A stretch of DNA of 53,989 nucleotides, from NCBI GenBank assembly GCA_964609265.1, contig CAZSQR010000002.1:1-53989 (forward strand). Reading direction: 5' to 3'. Below are positions 46,613 through 53,989 of the stretch, piece by piece. The position numbers and the translations under genes are program-made. The stretch's first letter is position 1, and each line of letters begins with the position of its first letter. The stretch is from Candidatus Woesearchaeota archaeon. Lineage in GTDB: Archaea > Nanobdellota > Nanobdellia > Pacearchaeales > GW2011-AR1. The notes under the pieces are model-generated. The model was not told where the DNA came from. It saw only the letters and a program-made list of their open reading frames with translations, and did not search any database.

Positions 46613-47029
46613 ATGAGAAGCTCGGGGAAAAATAAACTTTGGAACAAACGTGGCAACATATTGACTGAGAATATTATTTTTATTATTCTGAATCTTGTTT
46701 TTCTTTCAATTTTGATTGTGTTTCTGTTTTCTAAAATGGGTGCTGCTGCTGTTTTGGAAGAGATGCACGCAAAACAAATAGCTCTTATGATTAGTGCTGC
46801 AGAGCCGGGAATGACAATTCATCTTGAAATGGAAAAAGCAGTAAATATCGTAAAGAAAGAAGGCAGAAATCTTAATGACGTCATAATTATCAAAGACAAC
46901 GTCGTAACTGTCCAGCTTCGCGAGAAAGGAGGAGCTTCTTATAGTTTTTTTAATGATGTTAATGTAAGCGCAAATTTTGATACTTCAACTAATAAAGGGT
47001 ATTTTTTTGTGGTAGATGAAAATGAATAA
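46613..47029 (+). CDS. prepilin-like protein
   Basis: ...LWNKRG followed by NILTENIIFIILNLVFLSILIVFLF (Glu at +5). Confidence 0.65.
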   Translation: MRSSGKNKLWNKRGNILTENIIFIILNLVFLSILIVFLFSKMGAAAVLEEMHAKQIALMISAAEPGMTIHLEMEKAVNIVKKEGRNLNDVIIIKDNVVTVQLREKGGASYSFFNDVNVSANFDTSTNKGYFFVVDENE

Positions 47030-47519
47030 AAAAGGAGACAAGTTAATTTCAGTGTATTGGTTCGCGATACTTTTCATAGTGGCAGGAGGAATTGTTTACA
47101 TGGTTAGTGCTTTTTACGGGAAGCCTTACGATGTCAGGGAAGCTGAAGCAGATATTTTAACAACAAAAATTGCGAGATGCATCTCTGAGGCGGGTTATTT
47201 AAAAGAAGGAGTTCTAACAGAGAATTTCAGGGAAAACTTTGCAGAGATTTGCATGATTAATTTTCAGGTTGAGGATGTTTACGGCTGGAGAGAGCGCGGG
47301 CAGTATTATGTTGAAGTTGAGTTTCTTGACTTTGATACAAAGCAGAAGGTTTTTGAAATTTCTGAAGGAAATGAAGGATTAAAGCCAGATTGTGAACTTG
47401 AAGGAGAAACTCTTCCAGTATGTATTGAGAGGAGATTTTATTCCATAGATGAAAATGGAAACCAGTATCAAATAAATATGCTTTCAGTTGTAAGGAAAAC
47501 AGAAAAAAATGTCCAGTAA
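47016..47519 (+). CDS. prepilin-like protein
   Basis: MKMNKKG followed by DKLISVYWFAILFIVAGGIVYMV. Overlaps the previous gene by 14 nt. Confidence 0.6.
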   Translation: MKMNKKGDKLISVYWFAILFIVAGGIVYMVSAFYGKPYDVREAEADILTTKIARCISEAGYLKEGVLTENFRENFAEICMINFQVEDVYGWRERGQYYVEVEFLDFDTKQKVFEISEGNEGLKPDCELEGETLPVCIERRFYSIDENGNQYQINMLSVVRKTEKNVQ

Positions 47520-48036
47520 TTTTATTAATAAAGAACACAGAAAAAAAGGCCAGGTTGGTGAAACAGTTACATGGATAGTTGCTACAGTAATAATTATTGT
47601 GATTTTGCTTCTTTCAATTTCTGTTGCCGTTACTGATATCTTTGATTTTAAGAAATTTAATTATATGAAAAAGACAGACGTCTTAGCTTCAAAATCTTTT
47701 TTTTCATACCTTTTAACAGAATCTGAAGGGGGAACCAGTGTTTACAAGCAACTTGGGGCTGAAGATAATCTTAATGAGTTTAATGGAGTGCTGGCTGAGA
47801 AAATTTTTAAAAAATTTTATGGAGAGGAATATGTACATGTATGGATAGGGATTCAGGACACTTCTGAATGGCAAGGGCCTGGAAGTGATTTGGGTTTTTT
47901 AAAGAACGATTATTTTGGAGGTGAAGCTTCAAGGGAATTTCTAAATTTTGTTGGAGAAACCTTTAACGCTGGGGAGATTATTCCCTTAAATAAAAATAAA
48001 AATAAAAATATAATCTTATTTTTAAGTAAATTATAA
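47509..48036 (+). CDS. prepilin-like protein
   Basis: ...EHRKKG followed by QVGETVTWIVATVIIIVILLLSI. Overlaps the previous gene by 11 nt. Confidence 0.6.
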   Translation: MSSNFINKEHRKKGQVGETVTWIVATVIIIVILLLSISVAVTDIFDFKKFNYMKKTDVLASKSFFSYLLTESEGGTSVYKQLGAEDNLNEFNGVLAEKIFKKFYGEEYVHVWIGIQDTSEWQGPGSDLGFLKNDYFGGEASREFLNFVGETFNAGEIIPLNKNKNKNIILFLSKL

Positions 48037-48046
48037 TCCAAAGAAA

Positions 48047-48382
48047 ATGAAAAACATAATAAAAAATAAGAGAGGGGATATTCCAATAACAATTCTTGTA
48101 ATAGGGATTGTGGCAATTTGCATTATGGCAATTTTTAGTTTTTATTTTTCAGATAGTAAAGTAAAAAACGATTTGGGTACTATAGAAATTATTGAGAGGG
48201 CTGTGTATATGAAAGAAAAGATTTCATTCTACAGAAATCTTGGCTTTAGCGAGGAAGAAATTGCTGAAGAATTTAGAATTAAAGAAGAGAATATGGGGGG
48301 TTTTAGTTTTAAATATATCACTCTCAGCCAGGAAGGAGTATCTGTGAGGTATGATCTTGAAATTAAAAAACTACAGCCTTAG
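48047..48382 (+). CDS. prepilin-like protein
   Basis: MKNIIKNKRG followed by DIPITILVIGIVAICIMAIF. Confidence 0.6.
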   Translation: MKNIIKNKRGDIPITILVIGIVAICIMAIFSFYFSDSKVKNDLGTIEIIERAVYMKEKISFYRNLGFSEEEIAEEFRIKEENMGGFSFKYITLSQEGVSVRYDLEIKKLQP

Positions 48383-48446
48383 AAAAATTACTTTAATAAA
48401 CCTCCTGAATAAAAACATTTTTAAACAAAATAACCTTAAAAGTAAT

Positions 48447-48839
48447 ATGAATAAAAGAAGTGATTCTTTTTTGAAGAATGTTAAAGGACAAGGATTAAGC
48501 ACAAATGCTATTATCCTCATAATTCTCGGAGTAGTTGTTTTGGCAGTTCTCATCGTCGGTTTCTTTTTCGGATGGCAGACATTGCTTCCCTGGATACAGC
48601 AGGATAATGTTGATACAATAATCTCGCAGTGCCAGGTGGCGTGCACCATAGGTAACACTTATGCTTTTTGTGGGCAGGAAAGGACTTTGAAAGCTGGGGG
48701 AGAAGAGGTACCCGCAATTACTTGTTATGAACTTTCAAAACCTGATTCAGGTTATGAGATATATGGGATTGACCCCTGCCCACAATTGCAAGCAGAATGT
48801 GCTGCATTAGAAGAAGAGCAAGAAGAGGCTGAAGGATAA
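48447..48839 (+). CDS. prepilin-like protein, Cys-rich, acidic C-terminus
   Basis: MNKRSDSFLKNVKGQG followed by LSTNAIILIILGVVVLAVLIVGFFF. The track ORF start 48351 overlaps the preceding gene, so ATG 48447 is chosen on signal-peptide logic. Confidence 0.6.
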   Translation: MNKRSDSFLKNVKGQGLSTNAIILIILGVVVLAVLIVGFFFGWQTLLPWIQQDNVDTIISQCQVACTIGNTYAFCGQERTLKAGGEEVPAITCYELSKPDSGYEIYGIDPCPQLQAECAALEEEQEEAEG

Positions 48840-49163
48840 AATGTATAATGATAAGGGTGGCACAGGGGGATAACCCCTAAAATTTAAAGATTCTTTTTAA
48901 AGCAAAGTTGATAAAGTTTATTAATCTGTTTTTCTCTTTTTAAAACATGGATTACGCTGTTCCCCAAAAACGAAAAAAAAGAAAGGATAAGAAAAAAGAA
49001 AAGAAAAGGCATCCTTATAAAAAAGGCGGGAGAGAGAGGACGAGAAAAAGTAATAAAAGAGGATAATCCAAAATTTTAAATCACTTAAACTCTACTAATT
49101 TGATAATTGACCGGTTATCTTATTTGGAGCCATATTTATAAATATTAATTTTCTTTTTAGCTT

Positions 49164-50030
49164 ATGTTAGAAGTGATTTTCCTTTCTGTTCTGGCAGGCG
49201 TCTGGATTGCATTTGCGACATTTCAGGATCTGAAAAACAGAGAAATCGCAAACTGGATTAATTTTAGTCTTTTAATTTTTGCATTAGGGTTTAGATTTTT
49301 TTATGGTCTTTTTTTTGACAGCTTCGGATTTTTTTATCAGGGGGTTATAGGATTAGCGATTTTTTTTATAGTCGCAAATCTGCTTTATTACAGCAGGTTT
49401 TTTGGTGGCGGGGATTTTAAGCTTTTGATATCTCTCGGTGCTGTCCTGCCGTTTTCAGAAAGTTTTTTAGTTAATATAAAAATTTTTGCAATTTTCTTTT
49501 TATTTTTCTTTTTTATCGGAGCTTTTTATACAATTCTGTCCAGCATTTATCTGAGTACATCTAATTTTAAAAAATTCAAAAAAGAATTTTCACATCAGTT
49601 AGGTTTGGTAAAAAAGAAGAAGTTTCTCTATTTTGTCTTGTTTTCTGGTCTTGTTATTATGTTCCTTGGATTTTCAGAGCCTGTATTTTTTGCATTAGGA
49701 ATTCTGATTTTTATCCTGCCGTATCTTTTTGTTTACACAAAAGCAGTTGATGAATCCTGTCTTATAAAAATGGTAGATGCAAAAAATCTTACCGTGGGGG
49801 ATTTGCTTTACAAAGATGTTAAAGTAGGAAAGAGGGTAATTAAGGCTGGTTGGGACGGATTAAAGGAAAGAGATATAAAACAACTCAGGCAGAAAAATAA
49901 AAAGGTTTTAGTCAGATACGGGATTCCTTTTACACCTGTTTTTTTAATTAGTTTTTTGACTTTGGTTTATTTATGGCAGGCTGGTTTATTTGAAGTTCTT
50001 TTTGGGTTTTTATGGAATTCTTCTTGGTAG
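49164..50030 (+). CDS. A24-family prepilin/preflagellin peptidase (PibD/FlaK/EppA-like)
   Basis: First Asp motif FATFQDLKNREIANW and second Asp motif FGGGDFKLL, within a polytopic protein that has an extra soluble insert. Confidence 0.8.
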   Translation: MLEVIFLSVLAGVWIAFATFQDLKNREIANWINFSLLIFALGFRFFYGLFFDSFGFFYQGVIGLAIFFIVANLLYYSRFFGGGDFKLLISLGAVLPFSESFLVNIKIFAIFFLFFFFIGAFYTILSSIYLSTSNFKKFKKEFSHQLGLVKKKKFLYFVLFSGLVIMFLGFSEPVFFALGILIFILPYLFVYTKAVDESCLIKMVDAKNLTVGDLLYKDVKVGKRVIKAGWDGLKERDIKQLRQKNKKVLVRYGIPFTPVFLISFLTLVYLWQAGLFEVLFGFLWNSSW

Positions 50031-50678
50031 CCAGATTTTTTCTTTTTTGGAATTAATTTTTTTTCTGTTTTCTTTCTTTGTTTTTGGCCTGTTTAATTTT
50101 TTTGTTTTGAAAAGAATTTTTTGAAGTTCTGAAAGTTCATCAGGTTTTGCATGGCTTCTTTCAGTAGGTGTTCCATCTTTATATACAGGTATAATGTTTA
50201 TTATTTCGTGCCCAAACAAATTTGATGAGGAGATTTCAACTTTTTTCGCTTTTAATTTCGCTTTTATTCTTTTACCTACTTCTTTCGCGAGAGAAAATGC
50301 TAGAGAAGGTATTTTGTCAGAAGAAGAGACATGTTCCTTAGGAATGATTATTATGTGCCCTTCTGAAAGAGGATTTATTTCAAGGACAGCCAGTGCTTTT
50401 TTATTTTCTTCAATTTTATATGAATCAACCTGGCCAGAAACAATAGAGCAGAATACACACTGTTGTTGGACTGATTTAGTGTGTTGGGAAGTTTGGTGAG
50501 ACTGTGTGTCCAGTCCTGCTACTTTAATATTACTTCTTTTCAAAAATTCTTCAAGCTGTTCAGAGTTCATAGCCAAAATCTGCTGTTTTGCAAATTCTTG
50601 TTTTTCTGGGGGAAATCCTTTTTTTATATGCTCAATCATCTGTTTTTTTACAGCTTTTTCTTGTTCAGGAGTTAGCAT
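50010..50678 (-). CDS. HIT-like domain protein with N-terminal extension and degenerate histidine triad
   Basis: CVFCSIVSG...LAVLEINPLSEGHIIIIPKEH matches the HIT fold. The triad position reads GHEIINIIP, with only one His. The track start 50684 is TTG; the ATG is at 50678. Confidence 0.6.
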   Translation of the reverse strand: MLTPEQEKAVKKQMIEHIKKGFPPEKQEFAKQQILAMNSEQLEEFLKRSNIKVAGLDTQSHQTSQHTKSVQQQCVFCSIVSGQVDSYKIEENKKALAVLEINPLSEGHIIIIPKEHVSSSDKIPSLAFSLAKEVGKRIKAKLKAKKVEISSSNLFGHEIINIIPVYKDGTPTERSHAKPDELSELQKILFKTKKLNRPKTKKENRKKINSKKEKIWLPRRIP

Positions 50679-50749
50679 ATTCAAAAAAATGAAAAGTTAT
50701 TAATAAAATTATGGGTAATAAATTATCTTAATCTCATAAATTCCTAAAA

Positions 50750-51022
50750 TTACCCGATCGCTCTTCTCATGTCAATTACTTCAACAGAGCCAACACCTTT
50801 TATTTTTTTCAACTTTCCTTCAAGTTCTTCTAATTCTTTTTCTTCAGGCCAACCAAATAAAACAATCAGTGCTTTTAGACCAAATGCTATTGGCTGGATT
50901 TCAGTTTGCGGGCTTCCAGATTCAACTTTTTTCAAAATTTCTCTAACTTTACCTTCAACTTCTTTTATGTCTGTTTCAGGAGAATCAGGCATTACTTTTA
51001 TTTTTACAGCTACTGTTCCCAT
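50750..51022 (-). CDS. ef1b: translation elongation factor aEF-1 beta
   Basis: 90 aa. VAVKIKVMPDSPETD...IQPIAFGLKALIV...VGSVEVIDMRR is typical of aEF-1beta. Confidence 0.85.
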   Translation of the reverse strand: MGTVAVKIKVMPDSPETDIKEVEGKVREILKKVESGSPQTEIQPIAFGLKALIVLFGWPEEKELEELEGKLKKIKGVGSVEVIDMRRAIG

Positions 51023-51129
51023 GTTTTATCCTGAAAGAGAAAGTTTATAAAATATTAGGTTGGATTTTGATTTGTATATTTTTTATCACAATACTTAAAA
51101 ATAATGAGTTTTTTGTTCATAAATACAAA

Positions 51130-52089
51130 ATGGATCAAAGTAATTACGAAAGAATTCTTGAAAAAATCTCTAAACTTTCTGGCTTGAAGAAAGAGGAAAT
51201 TGAAGCCAAGATTGAGGCTAAGAGGTCAAAACTTTCAGGGCTTATCAGTAAAGAAGGGGCTGCGCAGGTAGTTGCTTCTGAGTTGGGGATTTCTTTTGAG
51301 GGCGAGAGACTTAAAATTGATGAGCTACTTCCAGGGATGAGAAACGTAAATGTGGTGGGGAAGATTATAAGAATCTCTCCTGTGAGGACGTTTAAGACAA
51401 AAAAAGGAGAAGAATCCAAAGTTGTTAATCTCTGGATAGCTGATAAAAGCTCGAATATAAGGGTTGTTTTGTGGGACACAAATCATGTTTCTTTGGTTGA
51501 GAAGGGAGAAATTAAGGAGGGAGTTGTTGTTGAAATTAAGAACGGAGCAATGAGGGATAATGAGCTTCATTTGGGAAATTTTTCAGAAGTAAAGATAAGC
51601 GACGAAATTTTTAGGGATGATGAAATTGTTACAGAAAAAGTTTCCCATGAAAAAAGAATTTCCGATTTTAAAAAGGGCGAATCTGTTAGTACAAGAGCAT
51701 TTATTGTTCAGGCTTTTGAGCCCAGGTTTTTTTATGTTTGTTCTGAATGCGGAAAAAAGGTTGAAACAGAAGGAAAAGATTTTGTTTGCAAGACGCATGG
51801 AAAAGTTATTCCTAAGAAAAAAGCGGTTATGACTCTTGTTCTTGACGACGGCACAGATTCAATCCGCGCTGTTTTATTTCACGAATCGCTTAAGGGAATT
51901 GGGATTGAAGATTCTGAACTTGAAGACCAAGAAGCTATTTCAAAGAAAAAAGAAAATCTTCTTGGGAAAGAAATGTTTTTCTCGGGAAATGTTAGAATTA
52001 ACAACTTTTTCAACAATCCTGAGATTATCATTGAAGATGTGAAAGAAGTTGATGTTGATGGTGTTATAAAAGAGCTTGAAAAATCATGA
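51130..52089 (+). CDS. replication factor A (RPA) single-stranded DNA-binding protein
   Basis: N-terminal ...LSGLISKEGAAQVVASELGI, OB-fold segments, and a zinc ribbon CSECGKKV...CKTHGKV. The track start 51067 is TTG; the ATG is at 51130. Confidence 0.8.
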   Translation: MDQSNYERILEKISKLSGLKKEEIEAKIEAKRSKLSGLISKEGAAQVVASELGISFEGERLKIDELLPGMRNVNVVGKIIRISPVRTFKTKKGEESKVVNLWIADKSSNIRVVLWDTNHVSLVEKGEIKEGVVVEIKNGAMRDNELHLGNFSEVKISDEIFRDDEIVTEKVSHEKRISDFKKGESVSTRAFIVQAFEPRFFYVCSECGKKVETEGKDFVCKTHGKVIPKKKAVMTLVLDDGTDSIRAVLFHESLKGIGIEDSELEDQEAISKKKENLLGKEMFFSGNVRINNFFNNPEIIIEDVKEVDVDGVIKELEKS

Positions 52090-52099
52090 TACTTATAAA

Positions 52100-52546
52100 A
52101 TGATAGAGTTTACAGTCACAACAGTCCTTTTGTTTGTTATTTTTCTTATAGGTCTTATAATAGCTTACTTAATCGGAAAAAGTGCTGGCGCCAGAAAAAG
52201 GGACAGGCACTGGGAAGCAGAAATTCCTATTCACAGAAAAGATGCTGTTTTAAGATCACGGGCAGTGCTTGGAGGCCAGTTTTCAGAGCAGTTAGCTCCT
52301 TTTTTACCCGGATTTAAATACAAGCCAACAGAATGTAAATTTATTGGAAAACCTATTGACTTAATTGTTTTTAACGGAATGGATGATAAAAGTATAAAAG
52401 AGGTTGTCTTTGTTGAAGTTAAAAGCAGAAATTCAAAACTATCTCCTTTTGAAAGAAAGATTAAAGAAGCAATTGAAGGTAAGAGAGTGAGGTGGGAAGA
52501 ATACAGGGTTCCTGAAGATTTGACAAAAAAAGACCAAGATTTTTAG
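52100..52546 (+). CDS. membrane-anchored Hjc-related PD-(D/E)XK endonuclease (COG4741-like)
   Basis: An N-terminal TM helix, then GKPIDLIVFNG...VVFVEVKS (D...ExK). The track start 52076 is TTG; the ATG is at 52100. Confidence 0.6.
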   Translation: MIEFTVTTVLLFVIFLIGLIIAYLIGKSAGARKRDRHWEAEIPIHRKDAVLRSRAVLGGQFSEQLAPFLPGFKYKPTECKFIGKPIDLIVFNGMDDKSIKEVVFVEVKSRNSKLSPFERKIKEAIEGKRVRWEEYRVPEDLTKKDQDF

Positions 52547-52597
52547 TTAGTTTTGTGTTTCTGAGAAAGCTTGATATATATCTCAGAGACAAAAAAT

Positions 52598-52607
52598 CTT
52601 TATAAAT
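52598..52607 (+). promoter_or_regulatory. TATA box for radA (leaderless-type spacing)
   Basis: CTTTATAAAT centred about 25 nt upstream of ATG 52628. Confidence 0.5.
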
Positions 52608-52627
52608 GCCCCCCTTCTTAGAGAATT

Positions 52628-53659
52628 ATGGCTGTAAAAACAGAATCTAAAGGAGAAGTTGAAAAAATTAAGGAGGCTGTTTCTGATTCTAAAAATAAAA
52701 ACGCTAAAGAAGGAAAAAAAGAATATAAACTGACAGATTTGCCTGGAATAGGACCTGCTGTTTCTTCAAAGCTTGAGTCAGCTGGAATTTATGATTTAAT
52801 GAGTTTGGCAGTGATGACTCCCTCTGACCTTTCTAATACTTCAGGAGTGAGTCAGGCTGTGGCTAGGAAAGCTATCCAGGCAGCCCGTGGCATGTTAGAC
52901 CTTGGATTTGTGGAAGGGACAGAATATGCAAAGAAGAGAGAGAGTGTAAATTACATAACAACTGGAAGCAAGAATTTTGATGCTCTTTTAGGAGGCAGGG
53001 GAATTGAGTCAAGGTCAATTACAGAAACATTTGGTGCATATGGTAGCGCAAAAACACAACTGGGTCTGACTCTTGCAGTAAATGTTCAGTTTCCGCCAGA
53101 AAAAGGTGGTGTAAGTGGAAAATGTGTTTTTATTGATACAGAGGGAACATTCAGGCCTTCAAGAATAAAGCAGATTGCTGAGTGCCTTGGGGCAAACCCT
53201 GAAAAAGTTTTGAAAAATATTTTTATAGCTCGTGCTTTTAATTCAGATCATCAGGTTCTTCTTTTGGATAAGATTTCAGAAATGATAAAAAATGGAGAAT
53301 CTATAAAGCTTTTAATTATTGACAGCCTGACAGCTCATTTTCGTGTGGAGTTTTCCGGACGCGGGCAACTGGCAGACAGACAACAAAAACTTAACAGATA
53401 TATTCATCAGCTTATGAGATTGGCTGAAACCTATAATTTAGCAGTTTATGTAACAAATCAGGTTATGGCAAATCCTGCGCAGCTTTTTGGAGATCCAACA
53501 ACAGCAATTGGGGGGCATATTGTTGGGCATGCATCAACATACAGAATTTACCTTAGAAGAGGCAAAGCCGGAAGCCGTGTAGCTAAGATGATTGACTCAC
53601 CAAACCTGCCAGACAATGAGACAGTTTTTAATATAACTGATGCAGGGGTTGTTGATTAA
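52628..53659 (+). CDS. radA: DNA repair and recombination protein RadA
   Basis: N-terminal HhH LTDLPGIGPAVSSKLESAGI, Walker A-region GAYGSAKTQ, Walker B LLIIDSL, and the RadA L2 region TNQVMANP. Confidence 0.9.
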   Translation: MAVKTESKGEVEKIKEAVSDSKNKNAKEGKKEYKLTDLPGIGPAVSSKLESAGIYDLMSLAVMTPSDLSNTSGVSQAVARKAIQAARGMLDLGFVEGTEYAKKRESVNYITTGSKNFDALLGGRGIESRSITETFGAYGSAKTQLGLTLAVNVQFPPEKGGVSGKCVFIDTEGTFRPSRIKQIAECLGANPEKVLKNIFIARAFNSDHQVLLLDKISEMIKNGESIKLLIIDSLTAHFRVEFSGRGQLADRQQKLNRYIHQLMRLAETYNLAVYVTNQVMANPAQLFGDPTTAIGGHIVGHASTYRIYLRRGKAGSRVAKMIDSPNLPDNETVFNITDAGVVD

Positions 53660-53695
53660 TTTTTATTAAATTTAAAGGATTATTAATTTATAAAA

Positions 53696-53768
53696 TGCCC
53701 CTACCAGGATTTGAACCTGGGTCTTTTCCTCCGCAAGGAAATATTCTATCCGGTTGAACTATGGGGGC
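53696..53768 (-). tRNA. tRNA-Arg(GCG)
   Basis: The reverse complement is a 73-nt cloverleaf: GCCCCCA/TAGGGGC acceptor, anticodon arm TTTCC-TTGCGGA-GGAAA, T arm CCAGG-TTCAAAT-CCTGG. Confidence 0.9.
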
Positions 53769-53846
53769 TTTTTTTATCTTTTACTAACAACCAACACAAT
53801 GTAAAAAAAACATTTATAAAGATATGTTCTTTTTATTTATAAAAAG

Positions 53847-53989
53847 ATGGTGAGTAAGAATTTTAAGTTATCTTTATTTGTAGTTTTGTTAGTTTTTATT
53901 ATTTTGATTAACCTGAATTTCACTAGTGCAGCAGCAACAAATGTTACTGGTTGTGGAATTTTAAATACAGCAAATATAACTTATACCTT
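53847..53989 (+). CDS. secreted protein, N-terminal fragment (continues beyond window)
   Basis: MVSKNFKLSLFVVLLVFIILINLNFTSAAATNVTGCGILNTANITYT: a signal-peptide-like helix followed by N-x-T-rich sequence. The ORF is open at the window end. Confidence 0.5.
   Translation, partial: MVSKNFKLSLFVVLLVFIILINLNFTSAAATNVTGCGILNTANITYT

Noticed and set aside
48351-48446. Upstream ATG giving a 32-aa extension on the last pilin-like gene
   Set aside because: It overlaps the preceding gene by 32 nt and would bury the class III signal peptide internally. ATG 48447 gives a canonical basic leader plus hydrophobic helix.

Overview
This is an AT-rich, tightly packed archaeal chromosome segment. I infer it is DPANN-like from three things: short genes, TATA boxes about 25 nt upstream of many ATGs (leaderless style), and the presence of PolD, Orc1/Cdc6, RadA and aEF-1beta. 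This taxonomy is inference only.

Contents:
1. Five tRNAs (one cut by the window edge) and an orphan 5S rRNA.
2. A fused ribosomal-protein/RNA-polymerase cluster, L21e-RpoF-DUF655-S13-S4-S11-RpoD-tRNALeu-L18e-L13-S9, with rpoN displaced next to the 5S gene.
3. An accessory stretch (6.8-17.4 kb). It holds a catalytic-domain-less recombinase-domain protein, an RRM protein, and a tightly coupled HhH-like / Xer-like integrase / Cas4-like nuclease operon. It also holds two convergent paralogous coiled-coil + winged-helix genes that carry ACAG-based nucleotide repeats.
4. A textbook oriC directly upstream of orc1/cdc6 - PolD small - PolD large, with inverted ORB boxes flanking an AT-rich unwinding element containing (AAT)12. 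A fourth full ORB copy is embedded in a coding sequence 1.5 kb away.
5. Housekeeping genes: TyrRS, Mpg, an ArmA/Rmt-like 16S rRNA methyltransferase homolog, M16 peptidase, ThpR, a split Hef, RPA and RadA.
6. A complete type IV pilus-like locus (39.6-50.0 kb). It has a long FlaI/VirB11-family ATPase, a very large polytopic platform candidate, eight K-[KR]-G class III signal-peptide prepilins, two micro-ORFs and an A24 prepilin peptidase.

I saw no CRISPR array, transposase, reverse transcriptase or 16S/23S rRNA. All family assignments come from motif recognition by eye and need HMM or structure confirmation. Several track ORFs start at TTG or GTG; I trimmed these to the in-frame ATG that fits the neighbouring gene boundaries.
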